This document shows positions 49,719-61,811 of a stretch of DNA of 64,000 nucleotides, piece after piece; position 1 is the stretch's first letter; each line of letters opens with the position of its first letter. This DNA is from Mobula hypostoma. Taxonomy: Eukaryota. Made by a program: the position numbers and the translations under genes. The stretch spans positions 125,490,001 through 125,554,000 of the forward strand of contig NC_086097.1 in the NCBI RefSeq assembly GCF_963921235.1, written 5' to 3'. A model generated the notes under the pieces. That model saw only the letters and a list, made by a program, of their open reading frames with translations. It searched no databases and had not been told where the DNA came from.

Positions 49719-50570
49719 CAAGATGGTACCGAGCTGTAGTCTCTGTTGAGGTTGCAGCTCAGATTTAATGGATTTTAGTTCTTTCTTGTTAGGTTCGTAG
49801 GGATGATTTAGGGGACAAAGAGGGCAGTTAGGGTTTCAGGATAAGGATTAGGAAGAGGATTGTGGGGGGAACTGTACATCAGGCTGTAGTCTAAGCTTCC
49901 ACCCTGTGTTCGAAGGCCAGTTACACAGACATGGGACATCTGTCGTCAATTGACAGGTTGGCAGAGCAGTGTGGATGAGAACTGGTGGCACACCCCCCCC
50001 CCCGCCGACCCCCACCCCAGGGTCAGTGAGCTGTAAGCAGGTTCCAGAGTCTGAGTTCTGTGCAGGCAGGAGGGATGAGGTCTGATGACCCTCTGGGTAC
50101 GTGACTCAGTGAGACTGGAGTTCAACTCATAGTATTCGAGGTTCCGTCCTCAGCGAATTCGAAGTTCAAGGCCTAACGTTTGGTAGTCGGCAGGTCCTGA
50201 GGTCAATGGTGAGGATCGAGGCCCAACAGTTGACCAGAAAGTCCAGAAGTCGAGGCCTGTTAGCTGGATTCTGAGTCTGCGAATCTCTGTGAGCCAATGG
50301 CCTAATGTTAGTGAGTCAGAGTCCACTGGAGGCTGAAGACAACCTATGCTGGGGTAGGTTGTGTGGGTGGGTGGGAGGAACGGGGGCTTGTTTTGTTGCT
50401 TGTTGTGTTCTGTTTTGTTGTTTTCTGTGTTGCTCTACCGAGCATTGTGGCCATGCTATACTGGCACTGGAATTTGTGGCGACACCCTTCAGTGTGTGGG
50501 TTGTTAACGGAAATGGCACATTTCACCGGATGTTTCCACGTACATGTCAAGAACAAACTTAAGTCTTGAA
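49719..50570 (+). mobile_element. Non-coding interspersed retroelement, copy 2
   Basis: Collinear with 1038-1890; partial minus-strand copies at about 51295-51600 and 59510-59650. Confidence 0.65.
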
Positions 50571-52149
50571 TGAGCTGTTCACCGTTTGCTCAAACTCTCT
50601 TCTCTCTCTTGCAAGCAGAATCAAATAGTGCAGCAGGAGTATCTCTTTAATTCCATGGAGAAGATGGCATCATTGTAACAGCCGTAGCTAAGGACATGGC
50701 CCGTGGTGTTTCACAGTGTACTTGTACATAATCCTGCTTCCACTGTTCTACCAACCCACATACTTTTGACTTATGGACATATATGTTGTAAATCACAAAT
50801 ACTATCAGAGCAACTTTCCTCTGCACAAAGCCACTCCAAGTATGGGCCTTCCAGACTCCAAAATAAGCCTGATGAATTTGTACAATGAAATGTTGTGGGC
50901 CGTGAGAACATGGAACATCCAACATTACAGTACAGTACAGGCCCTTTGGCCCACGATGTTGTGCTGACTTAACATTCTCGAACATCAATCTAACCCTTCA
51001 CCCCTATATAGCCTTCTATTTTTTTTTTATCATCCAAGTGCCCATCTAAGAGTTTCTTAAATGTTACTAAAGTGTCTGCCTCTACCACCACCTCTGGAAG
51101 CACATACCATGCACCCACCACTCTCTGTGTAAAAAGCTTATCTCTGTCATCCTCCCTATACTTTCCTCCAATCACCCTAAAAATACTCCACCATCGTATT
51201 AGCCATAAGAAGCGTACCGGAAACCTGCTGTCACAGTGGAGTCCAGAAACAACTTGGCAAAGGAGGATCCCAACATTTTCAACGCAGAAGCAATGATTCA
51301 GATTCAGATTCTAGAAAACGTACAATGAAATGGGTTATTCGTGTCAACAACCAACACACCCAGGGGCAGCCCATCAGAGTCACCACATATTCCGGTGTCA
51401 ATATTGCAAAAGCCCACAATACTTAGCAGTACAACACCGAGCAGAACTAACAACAAAACAGCAAGGCAACTCAAGCCCCTTCCCTCCCTCCCATCCGCCT
51501 CACACACAGAAAGTCCTCCATCTCCAGGGCCTCCAGTCTCGGGTCTTCAGCCATCATGCAATAACTTCCAGGCTTCCGATCAATCCCTGGACTAGTCAGT
51601 GACAGAACCCGAGAGGTTCACCACCCATTTCTCAGAAGGAGGGTCACACTTGTGGGCTGGCCCCAGCAAAATCATCACTAACTGGTTTTGTTGCATGGCC
51701 TGGGTGGTGGGGTTTCTTGATGATGGATGTTGCTTTCTTGTGGCAGTGTTCCTTGTAGTTGTGCTCAGTGCTGGGGAGGGTTTTGCCTGTGATGCACTGG
51801 GCTGTATTCAGCTCTCTAGCTTATACCATGCAGTTTCTCCACAATGTTTCATGTATTATTCTAGGATCGTATGATCTACCCTTGTGAACGCAAGTGATCC
51901 ACATATTTGTGGCTTCGACACCTGAGTTATCTGCCAAATATCCGGCAGATGGCCCTGGTTACCCAGTCGATATCTGTTGACTTTCAGTGGTTTCTCACAC
52001 ACAAGCCAAACCGATGACTGCAGACAGGACATTGCTTAGTGTTCTTCACATGGAATCCCAAGTAGTCACAGTATCTGGCAAAATTCCCAACCCATGCCCT
52101 TAATGCAATGTGCCATGATTAATGACACACTGAGTCAAGGAAATTTCAA

Positions 52150-52870
52150 ACACAAGAGACTCTGCAGATGCAGCTTCCTCTACACTGGCGAAACTGGTCA
52201 TAAATTGTAGGACCGCTTTGTTAAGCACCTCCGCTCCATCCACCACAAGCAGAACTTCCCAGAGGCCAAACACTTTAATTCCAATTTCAATTCCTGTTCC
52301 CTTTGTGCCAAGATGAGGCCCCCATCAAGGTGGAGGAGCAACACCTCATTTTCTGTCTGGATAACCTCTAAACTGATGGCATGAATATCAACTTCTCCTT
52401 CCAATAAAACAATCCCCACTCTGACATTTTACCTCTCCTCACTTGCCCTGGGTGCCTTCTTCCTTCTCTTTCTCCTATGGTCCTGTCTCCTCAGCTATCA
52501 GATTCTTCTTCTCTAGTCCTTGACATTTCCCACCCACCTGGCTTCACCTATCACCTTCCAGCTAGCCTCCATCCCCTCACCCCACTTTCTTATTCTGGCA
52601 TCTTCCCCCTTCCTTCTCAGCCCTGATGAAGGGTCTCCTCCCAAAACATTGACTGTTCATTCATTTCCATAGATGTTGCCTGACCTGCTGAGGTCCACCA
52701 ATATTGAGTGTTTGTTACTCTAGATTTCCAGCATCTGCAGAATCTCTCATGTTTAAGGTTCAGCAGATGTTGGAAATCCAGAGCAATACACACAAGGTGC
52801 TGGAGAAACTCAGCAGGTCAGACAACGTCTACAGAGGGGAATATACAGTTAACATTACGGGCCTAAAGTC
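52150..52870 (+). mobile_element. Decayed PLE 3' region with hammerhead remnant and a tail-to-tail pLTR piece
   Basis: GIY-YIG remnant at 52180-52405 and CTGATGA core at 52623; another fold-back pair lies at 53003-53240. Confidence 0.8.
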
Positions 52871-53569
52871 AGGACAAAGTGCTATCATGTTGTCATGACT
52901 CCACCTGCTCCTCAATATGGCATTTCAGCATCTGAGACTTTAAACGTTTTTAAGCCAGAGGTAGATAATTGAAACATTACCACAGGTAGATCGGAATGTT
53001 AATCACAAGAGATTCTGCAGATGCATTCGGCAGATCAGACAGCATCTATGGAGAGGAATAAACAGTCGATGTTTTGGGCCTACACCCTTCAATGGGACTC
53101 AGAATAAACACTCAGCATTTCAGGCTGAGACCCTTCATCAGAATGAAGCATCTCAGCCCTAAAGGTCAACTGTTTAATTCCTCTCCATAGATACTGCCTG
53201 ACCTGCTGAGTTCCTCCAGTATTTTGAGTGTGTGTTACTCAAGGAGATCTCTGCAATGTGTTCTCTGCTGTTCTGTAGCAAGAGAGACTGAAACATTGCC
53301 AGTTCTCCTTGTTGTGACTTCTCTAACACAACACTGCAAATGTCTCCTGTCTGAAGGAAGGCTGATACAGATAGATTCATCTTAGTCACTGTCCCTGGCC
53401 ACAATGGCCACAGCCAGTAGTAAATTTTGATCAGCCCATCCTTACTGAATGTAATTACCACTGGCTTTAATACCATAGTCTGATGACACTTCCTAATATA
53501 CAGAGTCCTGCTCTCCTTCCTACCCCCACCCCCCTTCCATCCTCTGACAGCAGGTTCAATGTCCGGTAG

Positions 53570-54170
53570 ACCATTAGATTATAATTTATGAGAACAGAAT
53601 TCTGTTATTCGGCTCATCGAGTCAGCTCTGCCTTCCAGCATGGATGATTGATTATCCCTCTCAACACCATTTTCCTGCCTTCTCCCCATGACCTTTGACA
53701 CCCTTACTAATCAAAAACCTATCAACATCTGCTTTAAATATACTCAGTGACTTGGTCTCCACAGCCATCTGTGGCAATGAATTCCACAGACTCATCACTT
53801 TCTGGCTGAAGAAATTCCTCCTCATCTCTGTAATAAAGGAATGTCCTACTATTCTGAGGCTGTGCCACTGGTCCTAGGCTTCCCCCACCACTGGAAACAT
53901 CTTCTGCATGTCCACTCTATCTAGATCGTTACATTATTCGATAGGTTACAATGAGATCCCCCCTCATTCTTCTAAACTCAAGCGTGTACAGGCTCAGATC
54001 CATCAAATGCTCCCTATATGCTCCTTTTATTCCTGACATCATTCTTGTGAACCTTCTCTGGACCGTCTCCAATGCCAACTCATACTTTCTTAGATAAGGG
54101 GCCAAAACAGCTCACAATACTCCAAATGTGGTCTGACCAATGCCTTATAAAGCCTCAGCATCATATCCTG
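53570..54170 (-). mobile_element. CR1 3' fragment
   Basis: Homologous to 46700-47300. Confidence 0.85.
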
Positions 54171-54534
54171 TTCATCTCTGAGGTTACTGCCTGCTGATAT
54201 ACTCACAAGCTTTGAAGAAAGGAAATGCATCCTTCAGTATTTATCATATTGCTTGCTGCAGTCCGTAGTGATATCCAGAAAGTTTGAAATCCTTTCAAGC
54301 AATGACCATAAATAAGCAGCCAACCTGTGAGTTAGTGATAAACCCTTTCAATATTGCTGTTGGGGCAAACACTGGCTGCTGTCACTCCAGATTTGTTGCC
54401 GTTAATTCCGGCTTTATATGGTTCCAGAAGCAGACAATATATTAGTTGAATGTAAACAGTGGACGTCAGTTTAGAGGCACATCACAGCTGAACATGAATG
54501 CCTGTCATTCATGCAAGCTTACGCTCTGTAGCTT

Positions 54535-55265
54535 CTTCATTAGGTACACCTGTACACCTACTCGTTAATGCAAATATCTCATCAGCCAATCATGTCGCAG
54601 CAACACAATTCATAAAAGCATGCAGACATAGTCAAAAGGTTCAATTGTTGTTCAGACCAAATGTCGGAACGAGGAAAGTATGTGATCTAAGTGATTTTGT
54701 CCATGGAATGATTGTTGGTCCAGATGGGGTGGTTTGAGTATCTCAGAAACTGCTGATCTCCTGCGATTTTCACCCACAACAGTCTCTAGAGTTTACAGAG
54801 ACTGGCGCTAACAACTAAAAAAATTCAGTGAGCGGCAATTCTGTGGATGAAAATGCCTTATTAATGAGAGGTCAGAGGAGAATAGCCAGACTGGTTCAAG
54901 CTGACAGGAAGATGACAGTAAGTTAAGTAACCACACATTACAACAGTGGTGCGCAGAAGGGAATCTTTGAACACACATGTCGAACCTTGAGGTGGATGGG
55001 CTGCAGCAGAAGACGACCATGAACATACACTCAGTGGCCACCTTAGCAGTTACAGAAAATGCCTCGTTAATAACGGTCAGAGGAGAATGGCTAATCGGGT
55101 TCAAAGTGGCAGGAAGGTGACAGTAACTCAAATAATCATGCGTTACAACAGTGGTGTGCAGAGGACCACCTCTGAACACACAAGTCAAACCTTGAAATGG
55201 ATGGGCTTCAGCAGCAGAAGACAATAAACATACACAAGATACTAAACAAAGTGGCCTCTGAGCGT
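54535..55265 (+). mobile_element. Tc1-type deleted element with a duplicated right half
   Basis: CDLSDFVHGMIVG HTH remnant; 54850-55040 is repeated at 55050-55260. Confidence 0.8.
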
Positions 55266-57625
55266 ATGCTCCGCTGGGCAAGAACAGGTATCGCTGTTGT
55301 TTCTTCTCTCAACCCTAAAAGTCCTGAGGGTAATTATGAAGTAACCATGCTACCCCAGGAAACTGCCCTTCATTTAAAGAGGCAATATAGGAATAGGTTA
55401 ACTTTGGCTCATCTGGTTGCATCTTAAGTCAGAAAAGATTAGCTTTATTTGTCACAAGTACATCAAAACATACAGTGAAATGTGTCATTTGGACAGTGGG
55501 AGGAAACAGGAGTACCCAAGTAAAGCCATGTGGTCATGGGAAGAATATTCAAACTCCTTACAGGCAATGGCAGGAATTGAACCCCAATCTTACAGCAGGC
55601 AGCTGGTAAGCATTTGCTAACCACTAAACTACCATACCCTAAAGCTAGGAACATGTAACATGGGGTGATGTTCCTGTACTTGGGGAAGCGTCATTTTTCA
55701 GATCATAATTGAATTATAAAAAAAAGGCTTAGCCTGTCTTGTCAATAATCGATCCCACCACACTATTAATGAACAAGGTGTACAAGACGATAAGAGACAT
55801 ATATAGAGTGAACAGCCAGAGATGTTATCCAGAGCGCAAGTAGTTAATCCAAGTGGCATAATTTTAAGGTGATTGGAGAAAAGTATAGAGGGGGATGTCA
55901 GAGGCAAGAACTTTACACAGAAAGTGATGGGTGCATGGATCATCCTGCCATTGATGGTGATAGTGGCAGACACATTAGGGACATTTAAGAAACTCTTAGA
56001 ATGGCACGTGGATGATTGAAAAATGGAGGGCTATGTAGGAGGGAAGGATTAGATTTCTCTTAAAGTAGGTCAAAAGGTCGGTACAGCATTGTGGGCCCAC
56101 GGGCCAGTACTAAAAAATTGATTTTCACTTCCTCTTAGTAGACCATTGAGATGCCTCAAGATTACTCTACCATGTAATTAAATTATGGCAAATGCATACC
56201 CCAATGAGACTGGTTCTAGCAGCGACTGATTGCATTAGAGGCTGGTATGGAAGCACCAATGCCCAAGAATGGAAAAGCCAACAAAAAGTTGTGGATACAG
56301 CCCAGTTAATGGCAGGAAAACCCCCTATCCACCACTGAGCATTTCTACAAGGATTGTTGCCACAAGAAAGCAGCATCCATCATCAAGGACCCCCATTATC
56401 TGGATTATGCTCTCTTCTTGCTGCTGCCACTTTGAAGGAGGTACAGGAGCCTTTGGTCCCACACCACCAGGTTCAGGAATAGTTATTACCCTTCAACAAT
56501 GGTTCCTGTACCAACATGGATAACTTCACTCATCTCAACACTGAACACAGCCAATGGACTCACTTTCAAGGACTCTACAATGCATATTCTCAGCATTATT
56601 TATTTACTTATTTATTTTTATACTTTTTGTTTTGCATTTGCACATTTGTTGCTTGTCAGTTTGTGTTTGTGTGTAGTTTTTTCTATTGTATGCCTTTGTC
56701 CTACCCTGAATGCCTGCAAGAAAATGAATCTCAGGATAGTATATGTACTTTGATAATAAATTTACTTTGAATTTGGAACTTTAAAGATCATTTACGATCT
56801 CAGCGTGATTTTTGTCATACCAAGGTCACAGGGAACATTTAAAATGTATTTTATGTCAATAGTCCTTTAAAGCATCAACACATGCTTTGTGATATGATTG
56901 TTATGGCATAAAGAACTTATTCATGCAATTTGAAAAACTCGCCAATTTCTTACTAATATGGGTTTGCCCTTGAGAATCAAAATAAACACAACTGCTAAAA
57001 GATATGCATTAGGGTCAAGCTGCCAAATCTCTGTAGCTCCTGTTCAAAGGACGAGATCAACATTTAAACCGTGGAGAACTGAGTGCAATTTGGATCTGGA
57101 GGTGCCCACAGACAAAAAGCCTCTGGGACGATTGTCCAAGTTCTGACATCGGGATAAAAAGGAGAGAGAATGATGGGGGATGGTGGAAAGAGAAGGCAAT
57201 GTCCAATTGCTTCTTGGCAGAAGATTTGTTCTAAACAAGTATCCTTTTATTCTAAGGCTGACATCCCCCATGATAGGAAGCGCCCTCTCTGCGTCTACTC
57301 TATCTAGGCCTTTCAATATTCTGTAGGTTTCAATAAGAACTCCCCTCATTCTTCTAAACTCCAGTAAGTACAGATCCAGAGTTCCGCACACATTAATCCT
57401 TTCATTCCCAGGATCATACTCTTGAATTTCCTCTGGACCCCCTCCAATCCCAGTACATCCATTCTTATTTAAGGGGCCCAAAACTACTCGCAATACTCCA
57501 AATGTAGTCTATCCCACTGTGTCCCAAGCATTCATTCATAGGTATGGAAAGGGCTTGTAAATTCAGCAAAACCAGGTGTAGTATGTCAGAGTGAAAGGTA
57601 AGTGAAGAACAGAAAAACAGAGGGT

Positions 57626-57979
57626 TGGGCCGGCTGGTGGCGCAATGACACCAGCGCCGGACCCGGGAGCAGAGGTTCCCAGGTTCAAAACCAGTCGGGT
57701 CCGCTCCCGAGTATACTTTCCATCCGTGCCAGGTTCAGTGTCAAGATTGCAACTCGACCTCGTAAAATAAAGGGAAAAATACTGCAAAAAAAATGTCTGT
57801 GTGAGGAGTGGCGGGCCACACAGTCTCCCTCTCGCTCCACGCCTTGTAAAAGCCATGAAAAAAGCCATAATCATGGACGCACGCACGCACTCACACGCAC
57901 AGACACTCATGCACACACATGCAGATGCACACGCACACTCACACACACGTAGGCACACGCCAAAAAAAAAGGAAAAAAT
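57626..57979 (+). mobile_element. Full-length tRNA-derived SINE
   Basis: A box TGGCGCAATG, B box GGTTCAAAACC, (CACG/CA)n then A-rich tail; 14-bp TSD GAAAAA(C/T)AGAGGGT (57612-57625 and 57980-57993). Confidence 0.85.
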
Positions 57980-58225
57980 GAAAAATAGAGGGTCAGTTTC
58001 ACACTGGCAAACAATTACCCAGTGGGTGCCACTGTGGTCTGTACTGGGTTCTTAACTAATCACTACTTGGATGGAAAGTTAAAATTCAACGTTCAAAGTA
58101 AATTTATTATCAAAGTATGTAACATATACTACCTTGAGACCGAAGCAGCCATTCACAGTAAAACAAAGAAATACAGCAGAATCGGTGAAAAACTACACAC
58201 GCTCTCTTACAAACAACCAATCTGC

Positions 58226-58672
58226 AAAAGAAGACAAAAAGAATGTGTGTATATAAATGGCAAAAGGGATATGAGAGGATCATGGGACAGGAGGCACATT
58301 CTTTTTCTCTCTCTCCTTCTTCTCCCTCTGTCCTTCTCACTATACCCCTTGCCCATCCTCTGGGCTTCCCCCTCCCCCTTTCTTTCTCCCTAGGACTCCT
58401 GTCCCATGATCCTCTCATATCCCTTTTGCCAATCAACTATCTAGCTCTTGGCTCCATCCCTCTCCCTCCTGTCTTCTCCTATCTTCTCCTATCATTTCGG
58501 ATATCCCCCTCCCCCTCCCACTTTCAAATCTCTTCTTTCAGTTAGTCCTGACGAAGGGTCTCGGCCCGAAGCGTCGACTGTACCTCTTCCTAGAGATGCT
58601 GCCTGGCCTGCTGCGTTCACCAGCAACTTTTATGTGTGTTGCTTGAAATTCCAGCATCTGCAGATTTCCTCA
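58226..58672 (+). mobile_element. PLE pLTR with 5' micro-inversions, inserted in a Rex1-type tail
   Basis: Homologous to 19410-19800; the hammerhead at 58544-58579 has GAAA changed to GAAG. Confidence 0.88.
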
Positions 58673-59109
58673 TGTAAGTAAATAGGTAAATTATTAATAC
58701 TGAGAGCATGAGTTGTAGAGTCCTTGAAAGTGAATCTGTAGGTTGTAGAATCAGTTCAGAGTTGTGGTTAAGTGAAGTTATCCACATTGGTTTGGGAGCC
58801 TGATGGTTGAAGGAGCAATTATTACCCCTCAGCAGCTCCTGAACCCGATGGTGGGGACCATCCCCAGATTTCAATATAGTCAGATTTGCTCAGGATAAAA
58901 CTCAGAAGCCACTAATGTCCAGGAAGATGGCAGGCAGAGTATGATAGCAAAACAGAATAGAGCAGAATAGAAACCAGGTTTCCTTTTATTTGTGACAACT
59001 AGTAAACAAAGAGACCTTGGTCTATTAGTTGTTGAAATACAAAAAGTTACCATATTGTAAATGAAGAAATGAGTATGTATGGCACGTCTTCTTTGCAAAA
59101 ACATCAGAG

Positions 59110-59453
59110 ACAATAGGAGGAATTGTTCCCAATGTTGGGGAAGTCCAGAACGAGGGGCCACAGTTTGAGGATAGAGGGGAAGCCTTTTAGGACCGAGATT
59201 AGGAAAAACTTCTTCACACAGAGAGTGGTGAATCTGTGGAATTCTCTGCCACAGGAAACAGTTGAGGCCAGTTCATTGGCTATATTTAAGAGGGAGTTAG
59301 ATATGGCCCTTGTGGCTACGGGGGTCAGGGGGTATGGAGGGAAGGCTGGGGCGGGGTTCTGAGTTGGAGGATCAGCCATGATCATAATAAATGGCGGTGC
59401 GGGCTCGAAGGGCCAAATGCCCTACTCCTGCACCTATTTTCTATGTTTCTATG
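59110..59453 (+). mobile_element. Young CR1 3' fragment
   Basis: SRTRGHSL..FFTQRVVNLWNSLP; (TTTCTATG)n tail. Confidence 0.9.
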
Positions 59454-60630
59454 AATAAATGCAGAGAAGCTGTCACCTCCAACTAGGGCGTCAAGAAATT
59501 GAGGTCCAGTCTCAGATTCAAGTTCATTTTAACACATTACATTGAAACTTAGAGTATTTACATTAACAATCAATGCAACCTAACATCGTGATGGGGGCAG
59601 CCTGCAAATGCCACCACATATTCCGGCGCCAGCATAGCATACCCACAATGGAATTAGTAACCAACAGCGTGCTCAGGAACAGCCCCTCAGGAGAACATCA
59701 TACGTGACTCGACTGATGGCACAGCTACCATTATTACTGTGCTGTGGTGTTCTATGTTCTATGAATCACTGACTCCAATGGATGTGCAGGCCTCTATAGG
59801 TACGAACAGCAAACCTGCACACTGCAAAGGCAACACAAGTTTACGTTCCCTTTGATCACAAAGTGGATTTCTCTGAATGTGCTCACTTATTCCATCCTTT
59901 GTCTACACAGGACATCCAGGCGTCAACAATCATTTCATCACACTTCCTCCGCCAACAAGTCTCAACCACTCCCTTTATACAGACTGTCAAATAAAAGTAC
60001 CACAGTCAATGGAGAGTCGACAAATTTTCAATGACCAAGAGAATGATTTATTACATTGTAAAATTTAGTTCTAAGTGTTTGTAATGTTGAACATAAATTA
60101 TACAGGTATATTTCTAAAACATCATTAAAGAACCAATTTTACACAAAGTCTGACTTTTATATCCAATGAAGTCAGCGATAATAAAAAACTTAGATAAGGT
60201 GTAAAATAAGCTGAAGATCCTGGCTTCCTCTGTACTTTGTCCCCGAGCAATGTGTGGGTTTTCTCTGGGTCCACTGGTTTCACCCCACAGTCCAAAGACG
60301 TAGCAGGAAGGTTAACTGGTCATTTGAATTGTCCCGTGATTAGGTTAGGGTTCAAATCGGGTTGTCGGGCAAGTGTGACTCGAAGGGCCAAAGGGGTCTA
60401 TTCCACGCTGTATCCCTAAATTTAAAAAAATAAAATTTGCTAATAGGTCTTTTGCACTTCAATGAAGGCCAATTTTAGTCTCAATGTCTGAGAGGACTCA
60501 GAGCTGGGAGAATGTTCTCCTGATAAAATAGCAGCAAAGCAACATAATACTCTTGGAGGGGTTCTTAGATAAGCACATGGATAAAAGAAAAATGGAAGGC
60601 TATGCAGGAGGTAAGCATTATATTGATCCT

Positions 60631-60830
60631 GGCAGCACACACACAAGAACGCTGGAGGAACTCAGCAGGACAGGCAGCATCTATGGGAAAGGAAAAGGAA
60701 TCCTGCTGAAGGATCTCAGCCCAGAACGTCAACTGTTTACTCTTTTCCATAGATGCTGACTGGCCTGCAGAGTTCCTCCAGTGTTTTTTTGTGTGTGTTG
60801 CTTGGATTTCCAGCATCTGCAGATTTTCTC
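60631..60830 (+). mobile_element. 200-bp fold-back mini-PLE inserted in a CR1 3' UTR
   Basis: 11-bp TSD ATATTGATCCT (60620-60630 and 60831-60841); inverted arms flank a decayed hammerhead. Confidence 0.85.
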
Positions 60831-61811
60831 ATATTGATCCTAGAATTGGTTAAAAGGTCGGCACAACATCGTGAACCAGAGAGGCCTGTACCGTGCTGTA
60901 CTGTTTTATGTTCTATGTTCTAAAACAAACTAAACATCTGTGCATTGTTTCTAAAGTCTCCATTAATACCAAGGCTGGTTCTGAGCACCTTGGTAATTTT
61001 GAACCCCTGGTGGTGATACTTCTTTTAAAAACAGATTGCAATGCAAGACTAATCTGCACCTACTGTTTTCTGCAGGTTCAATGCCAACCTTCAATTTCCA
61101 CTCACTTACTTGAAGACTGCACACATGCAGTGCTAAACACTTTTTTTTTGGTTCTGCACCTAAGCCGGGCCTCAGGTTTTGTACAACATAGGGTAACCAA
61201 AGGCCAAAGTAAATTATTACCTAGATATATTCACCATGTATAGTCACCATATACTACCCTGAGACTCATTTTCTTGCAGGCATTTACAGGACAATAAGGT
61301 AATGCAATAGAATTGATGATAAACTATACATAAACAAAGAGCAATAACCAATGCACAAAGATGACAAACTGAGCAAATAAAACAACAGTATTGAGGACAA
61401 TAACTGAGAAGTGAGAAAAATAATAATGAAATGGGAAGGATGTCAGAGGTAAGTTCTTCATACAGAGAGTGGTGGGTGTGTGAAATGCTCTGCTAGGGGT
61501 GGTGTTAGAGGCAGATGCATTAGGAGTATTTAAGATAGGCAGAAGAATGATAGAAAAATGAAGGGCTATATAGGTGGGAAGGGTTATACTGATACTAGAG
61601 TAGGTTAAAAGATCGGCACAACTTCATGGGAAGTTTTATGCTCTATGTTCTAAAGGCAGAACCAATGATAGTCTGATAGAATGACTCAGTGCATTTGAAA
61701 ACTGACTTAACCCAAAGCAAAGCACAGTGTTAAGTCTGGCACCGTCCAAGCAGAAATGGGCCCTCTAGGGCCATTGAGACAACACTGGGAAGAAACACTG
61801 AGCAGTATCAA

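Noticed and set aside
57626..57700. tRNA gene
   Set aside because: Has A and B boxes but no convincing cloverleaf, and continues into a SINE body with tail and TSD
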